DNA of 64,000 nucleotides from Ginglymostoma cirratum (GCA_024137785.1 JAHRHZ010000289.1:17531550-17595549); one strand, 5' to 3'; counted from the stretch's first letter, positions 22,823-37,072 are shown. Made by a program: numbers and translations. Notes: generated by a model from the sequence alone, not told the origin.

Positions 22823-25800
22823 AAATAAGGCACGTTTGGTAAGATAAAATAATAGAACTCGTTAGGATGTATGGCAAAAAACCCTCCGATAGAACATGAC
22901 TCAACTTGGACTTGGCCAAAAAAATGTGAGATTCTGCCCATAGGCTTTACTAGATTTCCTGACCCTTAAGACTAAATAAGAATTTATCAAAGCTTTGGGT
23001 AAAGTAATATGTATCGCATTGTGTTCAAATCATCAGCAATATAGTTATTTTACTGACAGATTTATGACCAAAGAAACCCAAGGCAATGTGGTCAGGGAAG
23101 TGTTAGGCAGCTTTTGAGAAGCTCAAAACCATTTTGATTAACAAAGCTGCATTGACTGCCCAATTTTCACTAAACTTTTCAAGGCAACATTTGATACAAG
23201 TGACTTGGGTGTATGTGAGGTTCTTTTACAAGAAGATGAGCCAGACAGTGAGATCAGGGACACTGGATGGAATACTTTGCCAAAATGTTAAATCAATATT
23301 ATAACAGATTCGCTAGAGTGGGAAAAGAAGCCCTTGGGATTGCTGCTAGTCTTAAATATTTTGAAGTGTAAATATGCCATGGCTGAATTGATATATTGGT
23401 AGATACTGCTCATAACCTTTAGCCTTTATGGAAGAATGCACAAAATCAATATGCCAGGCTGTTTTGCTGTTGCAGGCTTATCTTTTAAAGATTGCTTCAG
23501 TAATGCAGAAAATGTAACTGCCACTGCTTTTTTCAATCATATACGTCTGTTAAATTATCCAAATACCATGAAGGTATTAGAGATGACTATATAGGTTACA
23601 TAGAAAGAGTGAATGAGAATGAGTGGGTGCATGGTTTCATTTACTACAAGGGTGGAAATGTTCTGAGGGCTTCATATTTAATTTTCCTTTAGGTCCTGAG
23701 GGTGAAGAATTGTTAAAATGTGGATTTAACTTGGTTTCAGCGGCGATATCTGGACTTTTTTTAAAGGTAAAGGAGATGGCATAACATGATTTGTTTAAAA
23801 AGCAACGTATTTCTTGAAAGCCACATTGTTTCAACTTATTATTGGACTTGTTTGCTGGAGGTCACCTGACTGGATGCTTTGGCTGTTCTGTTTGAACAAT
23901 GTTCTGTCAGCAGTTGAAAGAGGGTTGGGTTTCATTTGGGGAGTGCTCAGTCTGCTGAGGAAAAGGAGCTTCCCAATTCCAATCTCTGAAAGAAACCCTT
24001 ACTGTGCACCCAATGAACATTGACTGAGCTGCTCTAGTGACAAGAATTTGAGGGAATTCTCCTTAATGTTCCCTGTTGTTCAACAACATCTGTCTTTGCG
24101 CACCGAGACACAAACTGAAAGCAAACTTGGACATCACAAACCCGTCCTTCTCGTCCTCAGGAGCTAACAAGCGTTAGTCAAAAGGAATCTTAGTTCCCCA
24201 AAATGAATCTTTGCGGAGAAATTTGTTTTTGTTTTGCTTTGACTTGTGTTTTGGATTTTTTTTAAGAAGGATGACCATTCATATTTTCATATCACAATCT
24301 CTAATTAACCAGTTTTGCAGTTGCATTGAGTAAGTCTGTTTTTTATTCAATTAATAACTTTCTGTTCAGAAAGAAATGGGGTGGATAGACCTTCTTATTG
24401 TAAGTTTAATATGGAGAGAGCATATGAATGGGTAAGTTTCAGGAATTGGGTAAAAGAATTCCATTTATGTTGTGATACATGGAGTAGTGAGCAGTGCAAT
24501 CTCCCCATTATGGTCATTGCATTTTCAACAGTGTGAAGTGTGACGTCTTCAGTAGCAGCAATAAAATATTTGTCAGAGAAGATTGTCCATAGTAATCATT
24601 TTTTCAGTCTTATAAAACAGGAATAAACTGCCTAATCCCCATAAATGTTATAAAGCGCAAAATCCCAGCTGAAAATTGCAAATTGCTCCACAGTATTAGT
24701 GCAAAGTGAATTTCAGTGACAAAGCTCTCTAGAAGTGTCTCCTGTTATGTTTTCTTTCTGTGAAAAAGAATCCCTCTTCCCAACATGAACAGAAGACCAG
24801 AGGAAGTGACAGTAAAGACAGAAGATTGCCACTGTCCCTGTAACTTTGAGGAAGTGGCAGAAAATGAAAAAAGGATGAAAACTGCTTTGTGAAGTGATGA
24901 ATATGATGGTAAGATATCAGCAGAGAGGATAAATGCTCAAAAAGGAGTTATGTCTTAAATGTCATTCTACTGACTATCCAGTTCCTTTCCCGGATCCCAC
25001 ACTTCTTGACAATGTAAATGGTTAGCTCTTCTCGGGAACTGTTCTTTCAAATCTGCTGTCCCCACCCTCTTCCAGAAAAAATCCCTATCTCTCATTTTTT
25101 TCAAGCCACCATCTCCAGCCATGCTTTCCACTATGAAGTCCTTGGCCATATAGTTAGTTCTACATTTTAGGTTATCTGGATGTCATGGGTTGAATGACTA
25201 ATTTGCAACCTCGCTGTATTTTGTTCAAAACTGAGGTGACTTCCAACCAATTAAGAAAATTCAGTAAGACTGGTGAATGACAAATATTGATCTGGTTTGC
25301 AATGCATACTTCAAAGGAGCTGCAGTATGTTCATCTCCAAACAATACTGATATTTTACTGTTTATTTCTTCTGGGAATTCCAACTCGTCTCCCTCAACTA
25401 TACATCTTCTCCACGACATTGTTCAGCTGTTCCCCTTCAGCCACTTGCTGAAATCCTTATCCAGACCTTTGCATCCTCTAGATTCAACTATTCCAATGCA
25501 GGATTATTGGCAACACATGGGACAATACCCTGATTGAGGTTCAGCACCAGCATATCTACATTATAGATCCAGCCACAGCTTGTTATAAACTGTACTGCAG
25601 ATTGCTAAGTGCTTAGGTAAAAGCTTGGAGGTGTAATTAGGCTCTTGCAATATTCCAGAAATATAATTTGCACTTTCAGAAAAACATGTATGATCTTATT
25701 AACAAGATAAAATTAGATTACAGTGCAGCAGATACTCAACTGTAATTCTCCATTCATTATAACCAACAGCAGTGTCCAGAACATGTTTTGATCATCTTTC

Positions 25801-26102
25801 TCAGAGGAATTTTGCATTGCATGTTTCACACTTTGTTAATCACATCTTAGAAGACCAAAACAAAATCTGATACAAAAAGGAGTTTATTTGTTTAACTTGC
25901 AGAGAGAAATAAAAGTGCACATTATTTGTGTTCACTCATGGGATATGGGCATTAACTAGCTGGGTTAGCTTGTATTGCCTATCCCTACTTGCCCATTTAA
26001 TATAGTTTCAGTGTTTTAGCTGATATTAACAGGTGGAGTGAGACTTCTACAGAGCCTCCACCCAGTGAGTTTATTTTCCTGTTTCAACACAGTTTTTAAG
26101 TG

Positions 26103-26260
26103 AGATAACAAGGTGTGGAGCTGGATGAACACAGCAGGGCAAGCAGCATCATAGGAGCAGGAAAGTTTATATGATGCTGCTTGGCTTGCTGTGTTCATCC
26201 AGCTCCACACCTTGTTATCTCAGATTCTCCAGCATCTGCAGTACCTATTATCTCTGATAC
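26103..26260. mobile_element. Palindromic Penelope-like insertion with TSD
   Basis: Arms agataacaaggtgtggagctggatgaacacagc...catcata / atgatgctgc...cttgttatct. TSD AGTTTTTAAGTG (26091-26102, 26261-26272). Confidence 0.9.
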
Positions 26261-26964
26261 AGTTTTTAAGTGGGCTGTTTTATAATTACAGAGTGTATTC
26301 TGGCACCTTTTCCCACATCCCCACTGGGAATGGAGCAGGAATTACATAAAGGAAGTTAGGACTCAGTTACAAATTTGCTCCAAACCAAGCTATTAATGTA
26401 GGAGGGGCAGGAGCTTCCTACGTTGGACATTCCAGCTTCCTGAAATATCCACAGCTTTGTCAAAGCAGCAGCAAGAAGAATGATTGCTGACCAGCAGATA
26501 TTGGACGTATCGTCTGAGTCGATGGACCCCACATGGACTCCCAAAGAGAAGAGCCTAATTTTACCAGCAGCAGCTCTTTGAGTAGCCGTCACATAAAGAA
26601 GGTTTGGGGACAGCCCTGATCCTTCAGAGTTACAGCCCATCACACTGACATGCCAGTCTTTGGCCAGGCATTTTGCCCTCCGCAGGAGGGCTATGTGTCA
26701 AGGCAATCACCATTTAAATGTTATTGAGAAAAAAATTCACTAAGGTCAATGGCAGAGGTTGCTGATAGGTATAATTGCAGGTTAGGTACTGGTAATACTG
26801 ATTTTCAGAACTTTATCCACAATAGTTTGAGCGTTTGTATATTTTGAGTGAACAAATTTTTTAAAAATTCAGTAAAGCCAAATGAATGCATAAGTATACT
26901 TCTGCCTCAATTGTCCTTTACTGGGTAATCAGTTGAAGTCGATGCAGTTGGTATCCTGGTCAGG

Positions 26965-27890
26965 CTTGTGTTCGGATAAATAATGTACAACAGATCCCAA
27001 TGGACTGGAGTAGTTACACCTCTACTCAAGAAAGGAGGGGGACAGATGGCAGGGACTATCAGCCAGTTAATCTCATGTCTGCTGAGAGAAAATACTGGAA
27101 TCCATTATTAAGGAGATAATAGAAGGACATTTAGAAAATCATAATGCAATTAGGCAGAGTCACCATGGCTTTGTGAAGAGGAAATCAAGTTTGATAAATT
27201 AATTAGAGCTATTTGAGCAAGTAACAAGCAAGGTGAATAATGAGGAACCAGCAGATATAGTGTATTTGGATTTTCAGAAAGCATTTGATAAGGTGCCACA
27301 TAAAAGGTTATCAAACATGACTAGTGGGGTGTTGGGGTAGTTTATTTAGCATGGTTTGAGGGTTAGCCAACAGGAGGCAGAAAGTCAGGAAAAACGAGTT
27401 ATTTTCAGGTTGGCAATCTAGTGGGATACCACAATGATCTTTGGTGGATCCTCAACTACATACAATCGATATCAATGACTTGGACAATGGAACCAAGTGT
27501 TTGGAAGCTAAATTTGCTGTGACACAGAACTATGAAGGGGCCAGCCATATTTGCTGGATTGTCTTATCACGAAAGGCTGGATAGGCTCGTCCTGTGTCCT
27601 CTAGAGTTTAGGAGAGTCAGTGGTGGTTAAATTGGGACATGTAAGAAACACTTCTTCTTTCAGTGGTTTGAGAATCTTTGGAATTCCTTTCTTCAAAAGC
27701 AGTGGATGCAAAATCTTTACATATTTTTAAAAGCAGATTTGGATAGATTAATGATTACAGAAATGATGAAAGATTATCAGGGATATACAGGAATGTGGAG
27801 TTGATGTTAAAATCAGAGAAACTCTAATTTTATTGAATGGTGGAACAGAAACAATAGGCTAAATGATCTATTGCAACCTCTATTTCTATT
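26965..27890 (+). mobile_element. CR1 LINE RT fragment, internally deleted
   Basis: DIVYLDFQKAFDKVPH at ~27254-27300, QSHHGFVK, INDLD, and a CR1-like tail at ~27835-27890. Confidence 0.8.
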
Positions 27891-28619
27891 GATTCTATTA
27901 TAAATCCTGCACTGCAGCTTACATCAGGATCAAGATGACACTCACAGCTGACCAGAAGCCATTTGAATCATATTGGAAAGGGAATTGGTTCTCTGAAAAG
28001 ATTGCAAGCTCACTGAAAATGCATGTTTGAGATATTGCAAGCATTACTCATACAAAATAGTGAATGTATTTTTTGAGCCAGAAGGAGAACAATTTTGTGC
28101 TGCTCTTCAATTTGCCACATTCAGTTCTCATTTGCTACTAGAATAATTGATGTGGTTTCAGTAATTCAAATCCTTCTAGTTTCTATAAGTACACAGCACA
28201 ATGATTTTATCATTTTCTCTGCTCAACATAAAGACAACAGGAATCCATTCCGTCAGCTGTTTAAAAAGAGTGTAAGTCAATTGTATTAATTAGCATTGAG
28301 GTAAATTTCCTCAAAAATAACTTTTGCTATGAGTATTAGAAATGTTTAACCAACATGTTAAAATAAATAACTAAGGAAACATTTCCATGTGATCTAATAA
28401 TACAAGACATTAGTTTCAAATAGGTCAGCATCAAAGGGAATATGAAAATCCTGGCAATATCAGACAGATTAATTATCATCAACTAAAGAAAATTAAGTTA
28501 GTGCTTCCAGAGCGAGTTTCAGACTGCATTTGATTTTGATCAGTCAAACATAGAAAGCTATCTTCAACTCTATGATGGAACAACTTCAGAAAAAAGGACA
28601 AATCACAAACAAAAGAGTA

Positions 28620-29480
28620 GGCTGAATTTCACTGTATTTGGACAAAATGCCATCTTCATCAAGTTTCATGGAAGTTTTCTTTTTGCGAGGTCTAGTGAGT
28701 TTTCTCATATGATTATCATGAACACACTTCATTAACTACCTAACCTGCCCTGTGGTGTTGCGTATGTCTGAAGCTAGCCCAGTTCTCCCAATCTCCATAG
28801 CCACAAGTACACACCAACCTAAGGATGTTCCACCATGGCCCTTGTGAAGACTGGGCTGCATTGTACCTTGGCTCTGCCTCAGGGGATTGTGTAGCAGAGT
28901 CTTTGGCCATAGTCTCCCTTGTCTCCCAGTAATCATCCTTGTTACATATCTGGACAATCAAACACAGCATGAACATAAGAGTTCTCAAGGATATGGGCCT
29001 TATGACAGCTCCCACGGGTAACAAATGCAAACTTCTGTGAATAAAAAATAATGGTCACAGATTACTTGCACATTGATGGAATGGAACCTATTATAGAATG
29101 GCCTTTCAGTACAGCACATACACAGTCTACCATACCATGCATCTGGGGAAGCCAAGTCCTACTTCCTGAGCTGCAGCACTAACCTTGACATGGAGAAATT
29201 AGAAGAAATAGTATAATCTGGCACAAATCGCATTGGTCAGTCTTGGTGTATTTGTGGGTGAACAACTGAGAGGTCCCATAAAGACCTCCAGTGGATCCTT
29301 GGAAGGATCTATGCTTGAAAGCATAGAAGTTCAACTCAGCTGTAACCTTAACAGCCAATGGGATAGGAAGGCCACCCACTCCTTCAAGGACACAGGTTCT
29401 GAACCAGCAGTTAGCACAGTGCAGTAACAGTGGGTCAGGATATCCTCAGTATGTCATTCATCCAGAAGAAATGGCATTAA
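28620..29480 (-). mobile_element. PIF/Harbinger transposase fossil (HARBI1-like)
   Basis: GGLPIPLAVKVTAELNFYA..SFQGSTG.LYGTSQ, GSCHKAHILENS, LLGDKG and EAEPRYNAA. TIR-like ggctgaattt at ~28620. A possible Myb partner remnant lies at ~30280-30465 (+). Confidence 0.8.
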
Positions 29481-31269
29481 TAACAAAAGACTCAGTTTTA
29501 ACTGAGGCCATTGATGGGCTCTTCAGTTGTGATCTCTTCGTGTGGAGGCTGTTCAGCATCCACTGTAGCTTCCTGCTAGTCCTGGGCTTGGTGACACTAC
29601 AGTTCCTATTCCTTTTCTCTACGCCTTCTTCACATTACAGTAATAGTGATGGTAACTCCTGCTGTGGCTCAATCCATCAGTCACATTTGTAATGACCCCG
29701 TGTGAGGAGCAGAAAAACAGATAGGTCTTTAACAAAGTGAGCAGTCAGCATTCACATCACTTACAAATGACGGTTTTATATAGTCCTCCACACAATGGGA
29801 TATGGAGCGTTCTGACAAGGAGGGCTGTGAAATGACTTATCTTGGTACTTTGACATTGAGCTTATTCCATGATGAATATGCATCATGTCACATGACAAAG
29901 AAATGGTAGGCAGGTGTAAGTGCAACATGAGAGCTGAACCCTTCTCCGAATGAAAGGTCTCATTGCGTATTAGAGAGTTCAGTTTGAGACAGAATCAGTT
30001 CATTATCCCTGTGTACTCTAGCAGGTCTTGCATTAGCTGTGTGTGTTGTGGTCCAGTGGAGCCTCTTTTAAGGTTGCTCCTGATTAGTTCTGTATCACAG
30101 AGATGTCTATCTGCAATTAATAAGGACCAGTGGTGTGATTAACTTAGCCTGTGACCAGCCATTTGTACCCCACATGGTTGCACACTGTGTTATTTCACAT
30201 ACATGGTAAATGATTACAAACTGCATCCTGCAAGTGTACGATTGATGGAATTGGCCTTTTGATGGGCGTCCTGTTGCTCAAAAGTGGAGCCTGTTTTTTT
30301 TGTTACGGCAGACAGTGACTCCACCACTCCAGCTATGGTCACAGCTAATAACACGTCATAGGTCGCATTTAGTAATCAGCAAATCACAGAAGGCAGCTGA
30401 GATCACACAGAACCCCATGAGCATCAGGCTCAACCTGGTCCTCTGGTACCTCCTTGAAGGTCTAAGTCCCCCTCTACCTCACATTCCCTGGGAGGCCCAT
30501 CTCCGTTGATCTCCCATATGTTCCTACCCACCACTATTCATCATTACTCCCTAAGCCCAGTCATTACAGGTTGGTCATGCCCTTCCTCCTGTTGAAGTGA
30601 CAGACTACCACAACCCTTCCAGTAGCATCCCATGTCCTTGCATGCACTATGGCCCTCCCTTTTATTATTGAACTTTCCCCCCTTCACTGCATTTGTACCC
30701 ACCATATCCCAAGTTGCTGCCTCCAATCCCCAGTGTTGGGTACTGGCCTCCCTACGCAATAGTTTCCCCAGATATCCACCTTTACGATTCTTCTCACTGA
30801 CCCCTAGGACAGATCATGCTCCATCTTGACAGCACCATCTGATGACTGACCAGATCCCTTACCAACCTGTCTGCATCTCCCCAAATGACAACCCACCACT
30901 CCCATAACTGCTGGACTGGACCTGCAGGACTGACTGTAGCCTTTTCCCCAGACTGTAGGTGGAAGGGTCCCTGGACTGAGAGTTCCCCAGACCAATGCCT
31001 TACTGTTCCCAAACCCCTGAACTATGAGCGGATGCTGTCCTTAAATTACTGCGCCAGGCCACCGGACTTGACAGCAGCCCCCCTTGATCTGAATGAACAC
31101 TACTCCCCTTCAACTTTGAGACACAGCTATTTGGTGAAACTCGTGCAGTGTGTTTGCTATGCAGTCCTCTGGTACATGGTGTAGGTATGAGGTTAACATT
31201 GCCTAGTGCCATGCAGTATTTTTACCTGAATGACTGCTGACAACCGAGCCAAGTTGCTTGGCTTTGTGT

Positions 31270-32050
31270 CGGTAAACAGTTGTTTATCTATTACAAAGTC
31301 CTCAGAATTCTCGAAATGACCTTGCTGTTACAATCACCTCTGATCTCCTATTGCGCAACAACTGCATTATTATGCCACAATCATTGAAGGAATGCGTTGT
31401 TGATAAATCACATGAAGGTCACCAGGGAATTATTAACACTAAACAACTGCTTACAGAAACGTTTGGTTCTCATGAATTGACCGTGTAATTGAACACAAGG
31501 TCAGCGTTTGCCATCTCAAGTAACCACGATGTCAAATCTTCATGATTGTCTCAAAATGTCAGAGCACCATCCAGGACCGTGGATTGAGTTTCATGATGAT
31601 TTCACGAATTTGTATTGTGGTAACCACTTGTTTATTATTACTGATGACTACAGTGGATTCCTAGTTGTGGAAATAGTTACATCTGTCTCAACAAAATGTC
31701 ATTCCAATGTTTGACTTGAGTTTCACCTACTTTAAATTCCTTAGGTAAGTGACATTATTCAACAATGATGGGTTCAGTAAATTAAATTCAGTAAATTATC
31801 TAAGTTTCATGCATCGAGAAAAATCACACTCCATTGGTCATGAGTTAACGAAGGAGTCGAGATTTTCGTGTATCCTGAAATAAATGATAAGCACAACTAC
31901 AGCTGAGAGCATGTCATGGAAATAATAAGATCTATATTTCAGTCTTTGCAGTTACAGAATAATGCCTTATTTGACCACGGGAAAGTCTTCAATTACACCT
32001 AGTTCTGCATAGCCTATGCACACGTATATTCCTGAGCTACCTAGAGGAGC
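31270..32050 (+). mobile_element. Gypsy integrase fragment
   Basis: LLRNNCIIMPQSLKECVVDKSHEGHQGIINTKQLL (HHCC region) and PGPWIEFHDDF...HLFIITDDYSGF (rve core). Confidence 0.8.
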
Positions 32051-33129
32051 TAATGATCACTATGGACTTGAATGCAATTCAGAATGGAACAAATGAATCT
32101 TGGAAGTGCAGACTGAAAGCTGAAATTCTGAGCTACTCCACTAAAGCCAGGGTTGGTGCAAGTAGGTTAGGCAGCCTAGGTGAATCTTCAGCCTTGTAGT
32201 CCCCACTCCCATGATGTTGCCTGACCTGTTTATTTATTTATCAAGAACCTTGCATTAACAAGCAAGCACATGCAATTGCACAGATGCACACACATATGAG
32301 GTCTTTTCACTAATATAAAGGCAGATCAAGCTGCATTTACAATTAAGGACAATAGTTTGTACTGGAATGATTTTGTGCAGTAAATTCACACAACTAAAGT
32401 AACCACATACAAGCAATGCATTGGACATTTCTAACCCAGATATCCCGCTTTCATAAAACAATAACATATGAATGCTTTATCATTGACGCGGTGAGTTACC
32501 CATATTATCCATTATGCGCATGTATGTTCTGAAGCTTTAACAGTTTATTATCCTTGTTAGTAGCCGCAGCACACAGAGTCTTTCAAATGTTTGTGTGTTG
32601 TGATAGTGCGCATGAGTTTTTGGCTTTCCCTCCAACATCTGCTGCTTGAAATGACGTGCTCTCTAGTTCTATTTAGAAATAATCTCAGCTGATTCTGCTG
32701 AGATCCACTGTTACCTTAGACACCTCTTTCCTTTAGGTAACAGACAGAAGATGGTGCCAGTACCCTTGCAAAATCCAGAAGATCTATCACTTTTTTCCTG
32801 CAGTGTTGGGCATTCTGTTGCATCCTGGACATTGCACAGACCTGGGTAGCTCTCTCAGTTCAGGTTGGCTGAGTCTGGTGATGTAGCCACCATTGCTGGG
32901 TGGCCCTCCTCTCCACCACCCCTTCCACTAGCTCTTCAAGGTCCCTTTCCAAAAAGCAAGGCGTTAACGTCCCTTTCTGGTTTTGGTATGTGCTTGGAAA
33001 CTCTTCACACAATCAAATGTGACACCAAAGTTGCAAACAATTGGATTCAGCCTCAGCCAGCTGCCAAAGAGATGGATAGAGTTGGTAGTTAAGATATGGA
33101 GTTTGGCTAATTAATGACTTTGCTGCAAT

Positions 33130-34425
33130 TAAGTCTTTGGGATCGTAACATAATAGAATTTTGCATTCAGTTTGAATGGAATATATTTCATTCTGAAGCT
33201 AGAGTCTAAATCTGAACAAAGGAAATTATGAAGTTGTGAGCAGCAAGTTAGCTATCGTAGACTAGACAGAATACACACAGATTTGACTGCAGGCAAGGAA
33301 TGTTTAGTATTTAACAAAATACTACACAGTCTATATGAGATATACATCCCTGAAGGAAAAGGTAAATCAATTGTGGTGAACAAAAGAAGCTCAAATTTGC
33401 ATTAGAACACCATCTCATACACATTCCAGCAATTCTTCCTCTATGGCATTGTTACTGATTTGATTTTCTCAATCTATATGTAAAAGTTGCCATTAATTGC
33501 AGCTGTATCTTTATTGCTTGTGCTTCTTGTTTCCTGTTTTAATGCCTTTCCCAGAATTAACGCTATAGTTTGGGAGTGTACGTACAACCTCCACTCATTC
33601 ACTTTATTGTGAATGCTCCGTGCGTTAAAACACAACGGCTTTAGGCTTAGTTTATTAAAACTTTTAGCTATATTCACATTATTTTGAAATGCGGCCCCTG
33701 TTTGATTCTTGCCTTTGAGTGCTCTGATATCACTTTTCTAATTTCCCATGCTATCTTTTGTTTTTGCTCTTGTTTCCCTCTCTTCTGTCTCCCTGGATAA
33801 ATTTCATCCCCTTAACATCATGTTAACAAAGAGGTAGCATTTGCAAAGTTTACTGGATTGAGGGTTGATAAATCATTTGAACCAGATGAATTTCATCCTA
33901 GACTGTTGATGGAGATGGCTAGAGAGACAGTTGATGCATTTGTGATTGTCTTTCAAAATTCTATAGATTTTTTAAACATTCCTGTGAACTGGAAAGTAGC
34001 AACTTTAATCACACTATTTAAAAAGGGAAGGATAGAGAGAATTCAGAACTATAGACGTTTGCCCATGATACTAGTGGAAATATTAGAATCTATTATAAAG
34101 GATGGGATAGCTGGACATTTAGGATGGAATGCTAAAATTGGGCAAAGTCAGCATAAATTAAAGAAAGGAAAATTATGTTTGACAAGTCTGTTGGAGCTTT
34201 TTGAGGATATTACTTGCAGCTTTGCTAATGGAGAACCAGTGGGTGTAGTGTATTTGGATTTTCAGAAGTCTTTTGATAAGGTCCCACACTTGAGTTTAGT
34301 AAAACTGATTAGAGCTCATGGGATTGGGGAGAAAGATACTAGTATGGATTAAGAATTGATGGACAGACAGAAAGCGGACAGTGGGAACTAAATGAATCAT
34401 TCTCAGGATGTCAGGCTGTTACTTG
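33130..34425 (+). mobile_element. CR1 LINE fragments (RT on +; inverted endonuclease piece at ~33560-33800)
   Basis: ORF 33858-34352 reads DKSFEPDEFHPRLL...VVYLDFQKSFDKVPH. Minus strand has LCFNARSIHNK. Confidence 0.8.
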
Positions 34426-34427
34426 TG

Positions 34428-34608
34428 GGTGGTCAGTTAGCTAGACAAATGGTTTGAGACGAAGAGAGTGCCAACAGCATGGGTTCAATTCCCACCTGGT
34501 TGAGGTTACCATGAAGCTCTCACCTTCTCAACCTCTCCAACTGCTTGAAGCATAGTGGCCCTAGTGTTACACCACCACTAGTTGTCTCTTTCTAATGTGG
34601 GACTATAT
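34428..34608 (+). mobile_element. tRNA-derived SINE
   Basis: B-box GGTTCAATTCC at ~34482-34492, followed by gaggttaccatgaag...ccttctcaacctc. Confidence 0.55.
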
Positions 34609-35249
34609 CCATAAGACTTAGGAGCAGAATTAGGCCATTTGGTCCATCACATCTGCTCTGCCATTCAATCACAGCTGATATGTTTCTCAAACCCATTCTT
34701 GGGATAGTGGGATGGATTTGTGAGGAGAGATTGAGGAGATTTGGACTGTATTCTCTAGAGTTTTGAGACATTATCTGATTTGAAGTAGGGTCAAATATGG
34801 ACGGTGCAGTAAACTGGCTCAGAATAATGGCAATACAATTGACTGCTCGGATACTGAACTTTTTCAAAATGCTGTTCTGAACGTAGCCTTACTCTGGCTG
34901 TACATTCAGGGACTGGCGCCCCTTGTGGTGCCTCTCTGCATTTAGATATTACCCCTGAAAAGCAACATGTTTCCACCTATTTGTTTCTTGAAAGGGAGAA
35001 TGAAATATTTCTTTCCTCCCTCAACATGCACGGTATCAGATATCTTTTTTCTCAATGAAGGTGAAACTAAAATGTTAAAGGTATCACTTCCTTGTCCAGC
35101 TCTTTAGATATAGATACCACCTGTTTTATGCCATATCATGTACACAGTCACTAGCAGCATCATCGTTAGCCTGTTCTGAGATAGTAAGACCGTCTGCAAC
35201 AGATGACACACCTCTGTTTTATAACAAATACCTTGTACATGTTTATCTA

Positions 35250-35850
35250 ATAAAACAAATAACTGCAGAGAAATCTGAAATGAAAACAGAAATAGCTGAA
35301 GAAACTCAGTAGATCCGGCAGTATCTGTGGAGAGAAAATTGATTTAACATTTCAAGTCTAGTGACCCTTCTTTAGAATGGCCTTGGGCATGCTGTTCCTC
35401 GCTGAGGCAGAGATAAGAAGTCAGTGTTTTTTCTTCTGCAAAGTAAAATGGCCTGTGTATTAATATATGTTGCTTTCAGTACATGCATGTGTACCATACT
35501 GCAAGTCCGACTGACAATCCTAAATTGGTTGTTAGCATAATTCCTTGTACAGTCAGAGTTATGCAGAAAAGGTTGGCCAATTGCAGAATCTAATGTTTGA
35601 CACTTGTGAATTTTGCAAATGCAGATTGCTTGGGTATGGCCAGTACATTGATTGTTGTCAATAGCCAAAAGAACACACTGCTTAATATAATCTGCTAGTT
35701 TTTGGGGTATATGCCTATGTACCAGGCATCACGCTGGCACCGACATCCAATTACCACATTAATCATTTGTGTGATAGGCAGAACATTTTTGGGTTTGATG
35801 GTCACTTGCCAACTAATCAAATCTCTCTTCTCATGCAGGAGAAATGTTAG
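35250..35850 (-). mobile_element. Short Penelope-like 3' end (35250-35372) abutting a second Penelope-type GIY-YIG fragment
   Basis: NVLPITQMINVV..CRCQRDAWYIG and DSAIGQPFLHNSDC..NY....FRIVSR....LKATYI.....LCRRK. The family end aactgcag...gaaactcagtagatccggcagtatctgtggagag is present. Confidence 0.7.
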
Positions 35851-37072
35851 TATCCCCTTGAATTTGAATCTTCTGAAATGTCCTGATGCCAAGATGATAA
35901 GCTCTGACAATTACATCATTTTTTCAACAATACTTAAAAAACAGGTTAAGCTACTTTCCTTAATTATCTAACTTAAACTGCACCCCATTGTATATTCCAG
36001 TTTAAGCCTGAATAAAATTTAAAACTTAAACAATAAGCTTCAGTTAAATGTTAATATAAAATGCAAACAAAATGAAGTTTTTAGAAAGAGAGCAAGAGTC
36101 ACTTTACCTATCCATGTTACAGTGCTCTGGTCAAATTCACACAGTGCAAAGTTGCAAGGAGATGATGATATTTATATGTTCGGATTTAGATCAGTCCCAA
36201 GTTCAGAAAAAGAGTTTAAACAAGCATCCTTGATTAACTTAACTTACACAAGCACCATTCTTGCCAGTGGTGTGAGGTGATCCTTACTGATGCCTAGTTT
36301 TCAGTCTGACATCTTCTTTGGGATGTCAGAAATCACATATTGTTATGGTACAGAACTCATGTGACCATTATATCTCCATTTACATTGGTCATCAGCTGGA
36401 TTGATATCGTGATTGATGTAAGGATGGAGTTCCCTCTCTATTTGTTTCCTGGATGCATAATTTAGAGAAGATTTACAGTAAAAAATTTTCCCTGAATCTG
36501 CCTTTCCCTCTCAGCATTATAGATTGAATCCGAAGAGAGGGTGGGAGCTCCTATCTCTGGGAGCCACTCAGTTGCAGGAGTTGCTGGAGACGCTTGCTTA
36601 AAGTGTTCACCAGTTGCTTATAGGACTCCACTCCAGTACCTTTCACTCTCCGGAGCCAGACCCACAAGGCAGTGGGTACTATCCAGCCCATAGCTGGGAC
36701 CTAGTTAACAGATGTCAAGACCTGTGGGCCTGCATAACAGATCTCTTGGGGCCATGGGTCCTGCAAGATTTCTTGCAGTTTAAATTGGGACTGTATGGTG
36801 CCTTGTTGCCATATGCTGCCATGAGAAGACACTACTAAGTGATGGTTATTTACCATTAGGAGAAACTTAAGTGCTCAGCTCTTTTTGGCAATAATCTGTA
36901 AAGCATTGGTGGACTATGCAATTGCATGAGATCACCCTATGATAAACTACCGTTGGACTAAACAAATGAGCTAAGTAATGAAAATATACCCTTGTATTAA
37001 CATGTGCATAATGCAGGGACAATCATATCTAATAATTAGAGTATGTACACCAAATTGGCTTAATCAAGACTT

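Larger units (their letters stand above)
18050..24520 (+). mobile_element. Decayed Gypsy LTR retrotransposon (gag-pro...RT/RNaseH, 3' LTR) with nested insertions
   Basis: gag FDE...ANQIGWPKE at ~18490-18570, zinc knuckle CFLCH..GH...DC at ~19120-19165, PSLPVNGVGLLLGNDL at ~19915-19965, RNaseH FKATFDTSDLG..VLLQEDE at ~23175-23240, and (T)AHNL at ~23405. Confidence 0.7.

Noticed and set aside
34915-34931. CTCF-like motif GGCGCCCCTTGTGGTG
   Set aside because: One base short of the core spacing (GCGCCCCCTGGTGG); weak match.
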